From the NCBI GenBank assembly GCA_016196125.1, contig JACPYG010000006.1:54511-118510 (forward strand): DNA of 64,000 nucleotides. The letters run 5' to 3'. Numbering within the stretch: the stretch's first letter is position 1; every line of letters starts with the position of its first letter. The notes beneath the pieces are model-generated. The model made no database searches and had not been told where the DNA came from. It saw only the letters and a program-made list of their open reading frames with translations. The position numbers were made by a program, and so were the translations under genes. Shown here piece after piece: positions 1 to 10,654 of the stretch. The stretch comes from Candidatus Staskawiczbacteria bacterium (GTDB taxonomy: Bacteria > Patescibacteriota > Minisyncoccia > Minisyncoccales > Staskawiczbacteraceae).

Positions 1-501
1 CCGATATGCTACGGGCAGTAAAATGTGGCTTTGCTTCGCGCGCGGCACTGGTATCTGCAAGTAGTATCGTTTTGCATCCCGCTTTTTTACCGGCTTCAAT
101 ATCAATCAGGCTATCGCCAATCATATAGGAATTTGGCAGGTCTATGTTTAGCTCTTTTGCGGCTTCAAGTATCAGACCCGGCTCTGGTTTGCGGCATGCG
201 CACATTTCTTTTATGTAATGCGGACAGACATAAATTTTATCAATGATGGCATTATTTTTTTCAAGCTCGGACTGCATATTGGCATGAATACTATTTACAT
301 CATCGGCTGTCATCAGCCCCTGTGATATGCCTCCCTGGTTTGACACTACTACGACTAAAAACTTTTTATTTAATTGACTGATCGTATCTGCGGCATGGGG
401 CAAAAACTCAAACTCGCCCCAATTTTTTATGTAATCATGTTCTTTGGCTTTTTTATTTATCACGCCATCCCTGTCTAAAAAAATAGCTCTTTTTTTAGTC
501 A
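1..501 (-). CDS. gmhB: HAD-IIIA phosphatase, D,D-heptose 1,7-bisphosphate phosphatase (GmhB)-like; 3' part runs off window
   Basis: Manual reverse translation from ATG at 501: MTKKRAIFLDRDGVINK... with DxDGV HAD motif I and a later GDS..D motif. It is not in the ORF track because it is open to the window edge. Confidence 0.65.
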
Positions 502-1622
502 TACCGGTTATTTTTTAAGATTTCTTTTAAAGATTGCGCAATAAATTTAACTTCTTGGTCAGTCATCCCATAAAAAATCGGCAAACAGAGATGATGGGCG
601 CTCAAATATTCTGTTTTTGGCAACTTTAAATCTTGGGCCCAAGGAAATACGGGCTGTTTATGCAGTGGCAACTCGTAAACATATCCGCTTGGCTGAATGC
701 CCCTTGCCTCTAATTCCTTATGAACAATACGGCGGTCATGGTCTTTTAAGATAATAATATATTTAAAATAGTTATGAATTGACTCTGACTCGGGTTTTAT
801 AATTTTTACGCTTAAAACTTCTTTTAATTCTTCGTCATAAAGCTTAGCAATCTCATTTCGTCTTTTAATAAAACTTTCGAGTGCCGACAACTGTCGTAAA
901 CCCATTAACGCAGCCACTTCTGGCATTCGCCAGTTATATCCCATGTATTTATGATAATTGATATAAATATCTTGCTTAACCTTGCCAAATTCTCGCATTG
1001 CTTTCATTTTTTCCACTAACATTTCGTCATTAGTAGTAACCATTCCTCCTTCACCTGTGGTCATGACTTTTGTAGAAAAAAAACTGAAACCTGCCGCGAC
1101 TCCAAAGGCGCCTGCTTTTGTCTTTCTTAAACTGGAACCATGAGCTTGGGCGGCATCCTCTATAAAATATAATCCGCGATCCTCGCAGATTTTTTTTAAC
1201 TTCAAAGTGCTTTCGGAAACAATCCCGCCGATATGAACCTGCATAATAGCTATGGTATTCTTTGTAATTCTTTTTATAACATCAAGGTCATCTAAACACA
1301 TATTATCCGCGCAGTCTGCAAATACAGGTATGCCTCCCGCATTCAAAATCGCATTAGCCGTAGCCATGAAAGTATTTGAAGGCAAGATAACTTCTTTGCC
1401 AGAAACATCTAAAGCCCGACAAATTAATTCCAGCGCAGAGGTACCGCTATTACAAGCTACTGCAAACTTTGTTCCAATAAATGCCGCGAACTCTTTTTCA
1501 AATTGAGCTACATATTGGCCATTAGATAAAAATGATTTTCCATGCAAAATATCTTGAAATTTTTCAATAATAAATGCAATATCATCTTCCGGAAAATAAG
1601 GTTTAGTGGCTGGAATTTTCAT
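495..1622 (-). CDS. DegT/DnrJ/EryC1/StrS-family PLP-dependent sugar aminotransferase
   Basis: 375 aa; the N-terminal FEKEFAAFIGTKFAVACNSGTSALE and the overall length are typical of sugar 3- or 4-aminotransferases. Confidence 0.85.
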   Translation of the reverse strand: MKIPATKPYFPEDDIAFIIEKFQDILHGKSFLSNGQYVAQFEKEFAAFIGTKFAVACNSGTSALELICRALDVSGKEVILPSNTFMATANAILNAGGIPVFADCADNMCLDDLDVIKRITKNTIAIMQVHIGGIVSESTLKLKKICEDRGLYFIEDAAQAHGSSLRKTKAGAFGVAAGFSFFSTKVMTTGEGGMVTTNDEMLVEKMKAMREFGKVKQDIYINYHKYMGYNWRMPEVAALMGLRQLSALESFIKRRNEIAKLYDEELKEVLSVKIIKPESESIHNYFKYIIILKDHDRRIVHKELEARGIQPSGYVYELPLHKQPVFPWAQDLKLPKTEYLSAHHLCLPIFYGMTDQEVKFIAQSLKEILKNNRYD

Positions 1623-2765
1623 TTATGCATAAAATTTTTTAATACTTTGACAAATAAATTCTATATTTTTATCAGTTAAGCTGGGAGCCGATGGCAAACA
1701 AACTCCGGTCTTAAATATTTCTTGGGTATTCGGAAAATCTCCTTTTGTATCGTAGGCAGGCATGGAGTGCATAGGCATAAACATATTTCGCACTCCGATC
1801 CCCAATGAAGCTAAATAAGCAATTAAATGTTTGGCGCTGGGAACAAAAATTACCACTCGATGAGGAACTATGGCGCCATCAGAATTAAATGTGAATAATC
1901 TTACACTGTTTATGCCAGAAAGCTTCTTTGAATAAGACCGTAAAATTTCTTTTTTTCTTTTAACAAAATAAGCCGCTTTTTTAAGTTGAGCCACTCCGAC
2001 GGCGGCTTGCAACTCTGTTATCCTGAAATTGTAACCTTTATATTCAATAACGTCCACCCCTCGCTCGCGGCGTCCGTCATGCTTATACATATTAACCTTA
2101 TTAATTAAAGCAATATTATTAGAAAGCAACATGCCTCCCTCACCCGTGGTTATAGTTTTATCGGCAAAAAATGATAGTACGGAAAAATCTCCATAAGACG
2201 CAATTGGCCTGTTTTTATAACTTCCAAATAACGCGGGAGCGCAATCATTAATTAAAAATATTTTTTGGGATTTAGCGTAAGATGCCATGGCATCTAAATC
2301 CGATACATTACCATAAGCGCAAACATATAAAATGGCCTTGGTTTTTTTGGTTATTGCTTTTTTAATTGTTTGTTTAGTCAGACACATGGTGGCCGAGTCA
2401 ACATCAACAAACACTGGAATCGCGCCACTGTTAGAAATAGAATTGGGATCAGCGGAATGAGAAAAACTTGGGACAATAATTTCGTCCCCCTCTTTAATGC
2501 CTAATGCTTTCACACCTGAAATGAGCGCTGCTGTGGCATTAGCAAAGGCTACGGAATATTTTCTTTCACAAATTTTAGCTAAACGATTTTCAAACTCTCG
2601 CGTATATTTATTTTCCGATAACCAGTTGCGTTTTATTACATCTGTTACAAGACGCAATTCTTCCTTTCCAATCGATGGTTCATAACAAGGAATTGTTTCG
2701 CGAGCCACGCGATTTCTATAAGTTTCGTAAGATGTAACCACATCACTATGAGGGTGCTTTTTCAT
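1623..2765 (-). CDS. DegT/DnrJ/EryC1/StrS-family sugar aminotransferase (second paralog)
   Basis: 380 aa; FANATAALISGVKALG...SFSHSADPNS; the stop is adjacent to the start of the upstream gene. Confidence 0.85.
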   Translation of the reverse strand: MKKHPHSDVVTSYETYRNRVARETIPCYEPSIGKEELRLVTDVIKRNWLSENKYTREFENRLAKICERKYSVAFANATAALISGVKALGIKEGDEIIVPSFSHSADPNSISNSGAIPVFVDVDSATMCLTKQTIKKAITKKTKAILYVCAYGNVSDLDAMASYAKSQKIFLINDCAPALFGSYKNRPIASYGDFSVLSFFADKTITTGEGGMLLSNNIALINKVNMYKHDGRRERGVDVIEYKGYNFRITELQAAVGVAQLKKAAYFVKRKKEILRSYSKKLSGINSVRLFTFNSDGAIVPHRVVIFVPSAKHLIAYLASLGIGVRNMFMPMHSMPAYDTKGDFPNTQEIFKTGVCLPSAPSLTDKNIEFICQSIKKFYA

Positions 2766-3649
2766 GTTTTACCTAATGACATTAAATATTCGTTGAGAGT
2801 GATAGAAAAAGATGTGAATAAATCATTTTTTAAGTTATTTTTAACTTTTTGATTAGATAAAAACGGCAAAGTTTCACCCTCGGGTTTATTTTCTAAAAAA
2901 TTAACTTTCACCTTAAAAAATTTTGCGATATCTTCAGCCGTGTCTCTGGTAGAAATATAATCATCTCCTCCTAAGTTATAAATACCGGTAACCAAGTCAA
3001 AACTTCTTAAAATGATATTAACCGCATCTTTAATATAAATATATTGCAGTTTGCGTTCTCCCTTGCCCCATACGGTGAGAGAGTGATTTTTAAGACATTC
3101 TTCTGCAAAAGCCAAGATAACATTCGGATGCATTGCTTGTCCCGGTCCAAATACGGAACATAAACGAAATATAACAGTATTTGGATGAATTTTCAAGATA
3201 AATTGTTCAAAGAAAGATTTTGCTATGCCAAAATTATGTTTAGGCGCCAAAAGCGAATCTTCATCGTAATACTGGTGTGCCGCCAAACCGCTGTAAACAT
3301 ATGAAGAGCTAAGATAAATTAAACGACAATCTCTCATGCCTGCTAAAGCATTAAGCATATTTACCGTAGCAGAAAAATCTTCTTGAAAAGAATTTGATAA
3401 GTGGTCGCGATAGGCTAAAGCCGAATGTGTAGCGCAATGAATGATTACATCGGGCTTAAAATCAATGATTAGTTTGGAGGTTTTAGCCGCATCTTTCAAA
3501 TTGAGGCTTTGCACATTGCCAGAAACATCAGCCAATTTATCTATAGATAAACATTCTTCTGAATACTGCTTAACCATTTTAAAAATTTCTGACCCAATGT
3601 ATCCCAGTCCGCCCGTAATTAGTATTCTTTTTGTTGAAAGATGATCCAT
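2762..3649 (-). CDS. NAD-dependent epimerase/dehydratase (SDR) family protein
   Basis: ILITGGLGYIGSEI Rossmann motif; 295 aa. Confidence 0.8.
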   Translation of the reverse strand: MDHLSTKRILITGGLGYIGSEIFKMVKQYSEECLSIDKLADVSGNVQSLNLKDAAKTSKLIIDFKPDVIIHCATHSALAYRDHLSNSFQEDFSATVNMLNALAGMRDCRLIYLSSSYVYSGLAAHQYYDEDSLLAPKHNFGIAKSFFEQFILKIHPNTVIFRLCSVFGPGQAMHPNVILAFAEECLKNHSLTVWGKGERKLQYIYIKDAVNIILRSFDLVTGIYNLGGDDYISTRDTAEDIAKFFKVKVNFLENKPEGETLPFLSNQKVKNNLKNDLFTSFSITLNEYLMSLGKT

Positions 3650-3654
3650 AATTT

Positions 3655-4632
3655 TTAATGATCCAGCACAATAGAGCTTCCGCCTTCGGAAAACTTAAAA
3701 GAAACGTTTTTATATTCAGACAAAGCGTCCGTAATAGACTGGTGTTTTTCGGGCGGAGCTAACACCAAAAGAAACCCGCCGCCGCCGGCTCCCAAAATTT
3801 TTCCTCCGTACGCGCCAGCGGTCAGAACTTTTTGGTACATCTGATCAATGTGGGGACTAGAAATACCCGATGCTAATTCTTTTTTGAGCAACCAATTTTG
3901 GTGCAAGATGTTTCCCAGTTTTTCAAAATCCCCTTTTTCTAAAGCATTTTTAAAGACGGATACGTTATCTGACATCTTTTTCAAAAATTCAAATTTATTT
4001 GTAATATTTTGTTTTTGTTCCGACAAAATGAGATTAGCCGACCTTTCTTTGCCTGTAAAAAACATCAACAGGTGGTTTTGGAAATCTTCTTTTATGTTTG
4101 GCAACAGATTAATCGGCTCAACTGTAATTCTTCCGTCACAATTAAAATTAATCACATTCAAGCCGCCAAAAGCTGCTGCGTATTGGTCTTGTTTGCCGAT
4201 GGGAGCGCCATTTTTATCAATTTCAATTTCACAGGCTTCTTTTGCGATCATATCAGCCGATACATTATTTCCTAAAAAAGCATGCAAACTATGCAATAGT
4301 CCAACCGTAAAACTGCTTGATGAACCAAGCCCCAGTCCTGTTTTTTGAGCAGGAATATCGGCTAAAGAAGCGATGTCAACTCCTTCCTTAATGCCTAATT
4401 TTTCCAAGGACAATCTTACTAATGGGTGTTTTATTTGCGAACAATGATTTACCAATTCAATTTCGGAGTAACTTAACTTAATCATCTCGTCAAATCTCGG
4501 GTTTACGGTGACATAAAAATATTTATTAATTGAGGTGCTTAAAACTTTGCCCGGATAATGCCGGTAAAAATCTTCAAAGTCAGTTCCTCCGCCGACAAAG
4601 CTTATCCGTAATGGTGTTTTTGAAATAATCAT
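3655..4632 (-). CDS. hddA: GHMP-family sugar kinase, D-glycero-D-manno-heptose 7-phosphate kinase (HddA)-like
   Basis: PLRISFVGGGTDFEDFY N-terminus plus GHMP motif GLGLGSSSSF. Confidence 0.7.
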   Translation of the reverse strand: MIISKTPLRISFVGGGTDFEDFYRHYPGKVLSTSINKYFYVTVNPRFDEMIKLSYSEIELVNHCSQIKHPLVRLSLEKLGIKEGVDIASLADIPAQKTGLGLGSSSSFTVGLLHSLHAFLGNNVSADMIAKEACEIEIDKNGAPIGKQDQYAAAFGGLNVINFNCDGRITVEPINLLPNIKEDFQNHLLMFFTGKERSANLILSEQKQNITNKFEFLKKMSDNVSVFKNALEKGDFEKLGNILHQNWLLKKELASGISSPHIDQMYQKVLTAGAYGGKILGAGGGGFLLVLAPPEKHQSITDALSEYKNVSFKFSEGGSSIVLDH

Positions 4633-5318
4633 GATGATAAAACTTGGCTAAATATTTTCAACCGATCAAAGGTTCCAATATCATAAAACTTCTTGTCGGT
4701 AATATGAGCATAAAGTTCTTTTTTTTTAATCAAGATGGGCAACAATTCTTCTTCGAGTGAAAAAACAGAATTTTCAGGCACAAAGTTTAAAACGTCTTTT
4801 TGAAAAATATGGACTCCCGCTTCAACGCAATTTGATTGACCTTCATTCTTTTTATCATAATTTAACACTTCTCCCGTTTCTGAAACCTCAATATTGTTTA
4901 AAACTATTTTAGGACTGTTTTTAAAAACAACGGTCATTGCCAATTTTTTACTTTCGTTAAAATCAGCTACTACTAATTTGTAATCCATATGCAAAAAACT
5001 GTCGCCATAAATTACAAAAAATTTATTTTCCAAAAGTTTTTCAGCGTTTTTTAATGCCCCTCCCGTACCCAATGGTTCATTTTCTTTTGAATACTTAACA
5101 TGTATTCCTATTTTTTTTCCATTGCCAAAATACTTTTCTATTTTTTCTCCCAAATATCCTGTACATAAAATAAAATCCTCAAAACCATTTTTTTTAAACA
5201 TTTCTAATTGGTACTCCAAAAATGGCTTGCCATTAATTAAAACCATTGGTTTTGGCACTTTGTGGGTCAAAGGCCTTAACCTTGTTCCCAGTCCCCCGGC
5301 TAAAATAACGACTTGCAT
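4629..5318 (-). CDS. hddC: sugar-1-phosphate nucleotidyltransferase, heptose/mannose-1-phosphate guanylyltransferase (HddC)-like
   Basis: MQVVILAGGLGTRLRPLT...KPMV nucleotidyltransferase signature; 4-nt overlap with hddA. Confidence 0.7.
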   Translation of the reverse strand: MQVVILAGGLGTRLRPLTHKVPKPMVLINGKPFLEYQLEMFKKNGFEDFILCTGYLGEKIEKYFGNGKKIGIHVKYSKENEPLGTGGALKNAEKLLENKFFVIYGDSFLHMDYKLVVADFNESKKLAMTVVFKNSPKIVLNNIEVSETGEVLNYDKKNEGQSNCVEAGVHIFQKDVLNFVPENSVFSLEEELLPILIKKKELYAHITDKKFYDIGTFDRLKIFSQVLSS

Positions 5319-5322
5319 ATTT

Positions 5323-6264
5323 TTATTTATTACTTTTTTTGTACCACTGAATTGTTTTTTTTAGACCATCCTCAAAATTTTTTTTTGCCTCAAAATTAAA
5401 TTCTTTTTTGGCCCGTGATATATTTATAGAGCGTCTTGGCTGGCCGTCGGGTTTTGTTGTATTCCATTTAATTTCTCCCTTAAAATCCATCGATTTACAA
5501 ATTAATTCTGCCAAATCTTTAATAGAAATTTCTAAATCCGAACCCAGGTTGACCGGCTCTGACTTATCATAATTTTCGGCAGCCAACAAAATACCTTCTG
5601 CCGCATCCTTAACATATAAAAATCCCCGAGTGACATTACCTGTGCCCCAAACTTCAATATATTTTTTATCACCTTTTTTCGCTTCGTAAACTTTACGAAT
5701 AAGCGCCGCAATGACATGTGACGATTCTGGATTAAAATTATCACCCGGCCCGTATAAATTTAAAGGCAAAAGAAAAATTGAATTAAATCCATACTGCTGC
5801 CGATATGCCTGCGATTGGACTAAAAGCATTTTTTTTGCCAAGCCGTAAGGCGCATTAGTTTCTTCAGGATAACCGTTCCACAAATCTTCTTCGCGAAATG
5901 GCACGGGAGCATGTTTGGGATAGGCGCAAACAGTTCCAATGGCTACGAATTTTTTAACATTGGCCTGCCTTGCCGCCTCCATTAATTGGGTTCCCATTAT
6001 TAAATTATCGTAAAATAATTCTCCGGGTTTTTCCTGGTTAAAGCCGATTCCGCCAACCTTAGCTGCTAAGTGAATTACAATATCCTGGCCCACGACAGCT
6101 TTTTGGCAATCATCCCATTTTCTTAAATCTAATTCTTTCATAGTCGGCAAAAATAAATTTTCTTTTGGAACTTTCCTTTTTTCCAATAAATTATTAACTA
6201 CATGCCTGCCTAAAAATCCACTTGATCCAGTTATTAAAATTTTCTTTTTTTTAAAATCCAGCAT
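5323..6264 (-). CDS. fcl: GDP-L-fucose synthase family (GDP-4-keto-6-deoxy-mannose 3,5-epimerase/4-reductase)
   Basis: ILITGSSGFLGRHV ... YIEVWGTG...LYVKDAAEGI, typical of Fcl/WcaG. The start is trimmed to the internal ATG at 6264, just after the gmd stop. Confidence 0.8.
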   Translation of the reverse strand: MLDFKKKKILITGSSGFLGRHVVNNLLEKRKVPKENLFLPTMKELDLRKWDDCQKAVVGQDIVIHLAAKVGGIGFNQEKPGELFYDNLIMGTQLMEAARQANVKKFVAIGTVCAYPKHAPVPFREEDLWNGYPEETNAPYGLAKKMLLVQSQAYRQQYGFNSIFLLPLNLYGPGDNFNPESSHVIAALIRKVYEAKKGDKKYIEVWGTGNVTRGFLYVKDAAEGILLAAENYDKSEPVNLGSDLEISIKDLAELICKSMDFKGEIKWNTTKPDGQPRRSINISRAKKEFNFEAKKNFEDGLKKTIQWYKKSNK

Positions 6265-6266
6265 AT

Positions 6267-7319
6267 TTAATCTATTTTCCACCATTTATTTGGAAACTTT
6301 TCTTTCAAAATTTTATTGCCTTCACCGATTATATCTAAATGTAAATTTTTAAAATCGCTGTCTATCATGATTTTACACAAATCACTGCATGTTATTTTTG
6401 GCTGCCAACCAAGGCGTTCTTTTGCTTTGCTTGCATTCCCAATTAACGATTCTACTTCAGCTGGCCTAAAATATCGTTGGTCAATTTCCACATAATTTTT
6501 ATAATCACCCAGCCCCGCATAACTAAATGCCAATTCTAAAAATTCCCTAACCGAATGACTTTCTCCCGTAGCAACCACATAGTCATCTGGTTTTTCTTGA
6601 CAGAGCATCATGTGCATTGCTTCCACGTACTCTGGCGCAAAACCCCAATCTCTTTTGGCTTTTAAATTACCCAAATATAATTTTTTATCCAACCCAGCCC
6701 TTATTCTGGCAATACCCATGGTAATTTTCCTGGTAACAAATGTTTCTCCTCTTCGCGGAGATTCGTGATTGAAAAGCAGACCATTGCAGGCAAAAATTCC
6801 ATAAGCCTCGCGGTACAATCTGGTAATATCAAACGAAAATACTTTGGCCACCGCATACGGACTTCGCGGGTGAAAAAGCGATAATTCATTTTGCGGAGGA
6901 AGCGTTGAACCGAACATTTCGGAACTGGCAGCATTATAAAACTTTATATGGTTACCCGAATTTTTTATTGCCTCTAAAATTCTCAATGTGCCCAGCGCAT
7001 CGGTATTAGCCGTGTATTCGGGCATATCAAAACTGACCCTAACATGCGACTGGGCTCCCAAATGATAAATTTCATCGGGCTTAATTTGGTTGACTAATTT
7101 TTCAATGTTTCCGGTGTCAGTTAAATCTCCGTAGTGCAAAAAAAGCCTAGTGCCTCTGATGTGCGGATCTTGATACAGGTGGTCTATCCTTACGGTATTA
7201 AACGTGCTTGCTCTGCGGATAACGCCATGCACCTCATATTCGCGGGAAAGCAAAAACTCGGCAAGGTATGACCCATCCTGCCCGGTAATTCCAAAAATTA
7301 ACGCTTTTTTTGTATTCAT
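6267..7319 (-). CDS. gmd: GDP-mannose 4,6-dehydratase
   Basis: [21 protein letters not shown]...[11 protein letters not shown] is the canonical Gmd N-terminus. The start is trimmed to the ATG at 7319, which forms an ATGA overlap with the upstream stop. Confidence 0.9.
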   Translation of the reverse strand: MNTKKALIFGITGQDGSYLAEFLLSREYEVHGVIRRASTFNTVRIDHLYQDPHIRGTRLFLHYGDLTDTGNIEKLVNQIKPDEIYHLGAQSHVRVSFDMPEYTANTDALGTLRILEAIKNSGNHIKFYNAASSEMFGSTLPPQNELSLFHPRSPYAVAKVFSFDITRLYREAYGIFACNGLLFNHESPRRGETFVTRKITMGIARIRAGLDKKLYLGNLKAKRDWGFAPEYVEAMHMMLCQEKPDDYVVATGESHSVREFLELAFSYAGLGDYKNYVEIDQRYFRPAEVESLIGNASKAKERLGWQPKITCSDLCKIMIDSDFKNLHLDIIGEGNKILKEKFPNKWWKID

Positions 7320-8272
7320 AAAATTTCTCGCCAATAATTTAACAAATCTTCCATAGTTTTTTCAAATGGTATTTTGGGCTGCCAACCGGTTTGTTTGCCA
7401 AATTTCGCATTACTGCCAACTGTAACAGCAATATCTGAAGGCCGAATTCTTTTTAAATCCTGTTTTATTTTAATATTTTTCACCAAGCTTTTGCTAAGCA
7501 ACAGAGTCAAAACCGATTTTATTGATCTGGCTTTTCCGGAACATACATTATACGGCTCTCCAAATTCACATTTTTCTGAAGCCAACCAATAAGCCACCGC
7601 TACATCACGCACATCGGTAAAATCCCTCTGCGCATCTAAATTGCCTGCGAATATTACAGGTTTTTGCTTGCCTTTTTCAATTTGGGCAATCTGTTTGGCA
7701 AATGTGGAAGCAGCAAAATGCTCTCCTCGTCTTGGGCCCTCGGTATTGAAAAATCTCATTAAAACTATTTTAAGCCCGTAGTTTTGATAATATTGGAAAG
7801 CTAATTTTTCTTGAGTAATTTTGGAAACCGCATAAGGCGATAGCGGCCTTAATTCATTATTCTCTTTGATGGGCAATTCATTTTTTAATGCTGCGCCATA
7901 TTCTTCCGAACTGCCCGCAATCACTATTACTGGATTTATCTTTATATTTTTGATCGCTTCGAAAAGATTTACATCAGAAACAATGTTATTAAACAATGTT
8001 TTTTCCGGCGACTGGAAGGAAAAAGAAACCTGGCTTTGGCCAGCCAAATGAAAAATTTTATCTGGTTTTACCTTTAAAATAACTTTTCTTACTTGTTCTT
8101 TTTTGGTAAGATCGCATAATAAAAATTCAATATTATTCTTAATATGCTCTAAGTTTTTTAATCCTTTTTTGTCTAAAAAAGTGCCATATAATTCAACATT
8201 GGGTTTGGTCATGCAATATTCAGACAAATGCGAACCGACAAACCCGGTTATCCCGGTAATTAATATTTTCAT
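7316..8272 (-). CDS. NAD-dependent epimerase/dehydratase, GDP-4-keto-6-deoxymannose reductase (Rmd)-like
   Basis: [16 protein letters not shown]; SDR located directly upstream of gmd. Confidence 0.7.
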   Translation of the reverse strand: MKILITGITGFVGSHLSEYCMTKPNVELYGTFLDKKGLKNLEHIKNNIEFLLCDLTKKEQVRKVILKVKPDKIFHLAGQSQVSFSFQSPEKTLFNNIVSDVNLFEAIKNIKINPVIVIAGSSEEYGAALKNELPIKENNELRPLSPYAVSKITQEKLAFQYYQNYGLKIVLMRFFNTEGPRRGEHFAASTFAKQIAQIEKGKQKPVIFAGNLDAQRDFTDVRDVAVAYWLASEKCEFGEPYNVCSGKARSIKSVLTLLLSKSLVKNIKIKQDLKRIRPSDIAVTVGSNAKFGKQTGWQPKIPFEKTMEDLLNYWREIL

Positions 8273-8285
8273 CTCTTTTAATCTA

Positions 8286-9389
8286 TCACGAGTTTTTGGT
8301 TTTTAAAAGCCCCAAATAGCCCTCATATATAGTGTCTGCCATCTTTTGCCAAGTAAACTGCCTGGCCCTTATTTTTCCCTTTTTAATTAAATCAGCTGAC
8401 AAAAATTTATCATGTAATATTTTTTCAATGTTTTCTGCCAAGTTGCCAGAGTCACTTGGATCAAACAATAATGCTGCATTTAAAACTGCCTCTGGTATTG
8501 AAGAGGCATTTGAAGCCACAACAGGACAACCGCAAGCCATTGCTTCAAGCGGCGGGATTCCAAAACCTTCATAGAGCGATGGATAAATAAATAACGTTGC
8601 ATTGGCATATATACCCGCCAATTTTTCATCAGTGCCAGATTCCTGGCGAAACCAAGTCCCCTGGTTATATTTTTCAATGATTTTTTTATGAGACAAAGAT
8701 AAGTCTTTTTCCCCGCCAAATACCGTTAAATCAAACTGCAAATAATACTTTTCATCAATAAAAGTATTTAGCAGCATATCAAAATTTTTATAAGCATAAT
8801 TACGCCCACCAATATATAGCAGATATGGCCTTTGTTCAGGTTTTTGTGCTGTGATACGATTTTTAAAAAACACTTCACTTACTCCGGGGTAAGCAACAAT
8901 AACTTTTTGTGGATCAATGGGATACAATCTACAAATGTCTTTTTTGGTTGATTCTGATATTGCAATAATCAAGTCTGCCGCATCAAATGCTTTTTTCTTA
9001 AATTGTATTGTTTTTGAATTACCCCCGAATAATTCTTGGATCATATCATAACAATGAACAATGACTGGGCCTTTTGGTTTTTTTGGAACACGATAATACA
9101 GGGAATGAAAAGTTAAATCTTTGGCCATATTCAATTTATAAGCCAATTCCATTCCAATAGTATCTAAAAGATTAAAAATTCTGCCTTTCAAAAAATCTGG
9201 TCTTTTAATCCCGTAATATTTGCTAAACCATCTTTTTTTGAAAGGGTAACTATCCACATAAAAACCCCTGTAAAGAATCTGTTCAACTTCTTTATTTTTA
9301 CCCAACTCTTTGATTAATTCAAAGCCTAGTCGGCTAATTCCGCCTATTTTTTGCCTGCCAAATATGCCACCATCAAAAAATATTTTCAT
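8286..9389 (-). CDS. glycosyltransferase family 1 (GT4-type, GT-B fold)
   Basis: EGFGIPPLEAMACGCPVVAS motif. Confidence 0.85.
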   Translation of the reverse strand: MKIFFDGGIFGRQKIGGISRLGFELIKELGKNKEVEQILYRGFYVDSYPFKKRWFSKYYGIKRPDFLKGRIFNLLDTIGMELAYKLNMAKDLTFHSLYYRVPKKPKGPVIVHCYDMIQELFGGNSKTIQFKKKAFDAADLIIAISESTKKDICRLYPIDPQKVIVAYPGVSEVFFKNRITAQKPEQRPYLLYIGGRNYAYKNFDMLLNTFIDEKYYLQFDLTVFGGEKDLSLSHKKIIEKYNQGTWFRQESGTDEKLAGIYANATLFIYPSLYEGFGIPPLEAMACGCPVVASNASSIPEAVLNAALLFDPSDSGNLAENIEKILHDKFLSADLIKKGKIRARQFTWQKMADTIYEGYLGLLKTKNS

Positions 9390-10654
9390 TTTAATAATTC
9401 GTTGTAAAATTTGATATGCTCTCGAACAAAGTTTTCTACGCCAAATTTATACAAAAATTCATCTAAATTAAAATTTTCCGGAAACTTTAAATTTTCTGCT
9501 TCTTTTATTTTTTCAATCAAATCTTTTACATCGTCTTCTTTAAAAATTAAACTTTTGGGATAACCCTCTAATACTTCGCTAATCGCACCCGAAGAAGATC
9601 CAACAATGGTTAAACCACATGCCATTGCTTCAACTAAAACCCGCCCATACTGCTCTTTCCAATCAAGGGTTGTCAAAGAGGGCAAAACAAATACATCAAG
9701 AACATTGTAGTAGTTAGCCAAATCCTGGCGGTCTATATTTTTAAAATGAAAAAATCTTTTTCTTAGTCCCAAAGAATCAATAATATTTTGCAATGTTGGC
9801 TCATAAGTGCCGCTTCCCAAAAGCATCAAATAATATTTATCAAGTTGGCTTGTAGCTTTAATAAGATTTTGCAATCCCTTCTCTTCATTAAATCTGCCGA
9901 TATTCCCGATTAATTTTATATCTTTAGGAATTCCTAATTTTTCTCTATATACATTGCGACTTTTAGGGTAAAAAACCCCGAAATCCACTCCATAAAAAAT
10001 ACGGCGCATGGGCATGCGAGCTCCAATTTTTTTGATAATTTCCAACGGTTCTGTGCTGATACCCGTCACTCCATCTAAATATTTTTTATTTAAAAATAAG
10101 GCGATGGGCTGGATGATTTTTCTTAAAGTTCTTTTTAAAAAGTGGCCCAAGGAATCAAAAATAAAAGATGGCGGAAGTATTTTATTCTGTATATTTTGGG
10201 CAGCATAACAAACAATCGGAACTTTTTTGCCTCGCCATGCAGTATCCTTGCGTAGAGACGCGAGAATTTTCGGCTTTGCCAAAATTCCCGTCTTCGAAGG
10301 ATGGCCATATAAGATATTCCGGCAAATAATAACTTGGGCAAGATAGAAACTGCTATATTCATCGTAAACATGAATAACATCTGGATTAATTTTTTTTATG
10401 GTTTTAAAAAGCTGGAAAAATTTAAACCCTTCTCCATAGCTTTGCGGTTTTCGTAAATCCACCGGAAAAAACCGATAACCGCTTTCATCATCTTTAGAAC
10501 CATAGAAGTACCCGCCGGAGGAAGTATGGGGTAATTGAAGAATAATTTTTGAAGGCACTATAACTGCCAAGTCAATTCCTTGCCCTACATATTCACGGTA
10601 AGAAGCTTTCACATCGCCTGAAAGCCCGCAATGATAGATAATTAAGAGTTTCAT
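9386..10654 (-). CDS. glycosyltransferase family 1
   Basis: LVEAMACGLTIVGSS motif. The start is trimmed to MKLLIIY (ATG at 10654), 3 nt after the upstream stop. Confidence 0.8.
   Translation of the reverse strand: MKLLIIYHCGLSGDVKASYREYVGQGIDLAVIVPSKIILQLPHTSSGGYFYGSKDDESGYRFFPVDLRKPQSYGEGFKFFQLFKTIKKINPDVIHVYDEYSSFYLAQVIICRNILYGHPSKTGILAKPKILASLRKDTAWRGKKVPIVCYAAQNIQNKILPPSFIFDSLGHFLKRTLRKIIQPIALFLNKKYLDGVTGISTEPLEIIKKIGARMPMRRIFYGVDFGVFYPKSRNVYREKLGIPKDIKLIGNIGRFNEEKGLQNLIKATSQLDKYYLMLLGSGTYEPTLQNIIDSLGLRKRFFHFKNIDRQDLANYYNVLDVFVLPSLTTLDWKEQYGRVLVEAMACGLTIVGSSSGAISEVLEGYPKSLIFKEDDVKDLIEKIKEAENLKFPENFNLDEFLYKFGVENFVREHIKFYNELLK

Noticed and set aside
25-246. 73-aa plus-strand ORF at the window start
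   Set aside because: It lies antisense inside the clearly conserved HAD phosphatase (GmhB-like) reading frame that runs off the window. It has no RBS and no recognisable motif, so it is a spurious antisense ORF.
1252-1506. Numerous 60-170-aa ORFs on the strand opposite to annotated genes (for example 1252-1506, 3848-4348, 8332-8574, 10135-10380, 25742-26227, 49364-49717, 57557-58204, 60320-60799)
   Set aside because: Each is fully nested antisense within a longer ORF that has clear family signatures. AT-rich genomes generate such shadow ORFs by chance, and none has an RBS or a motif.
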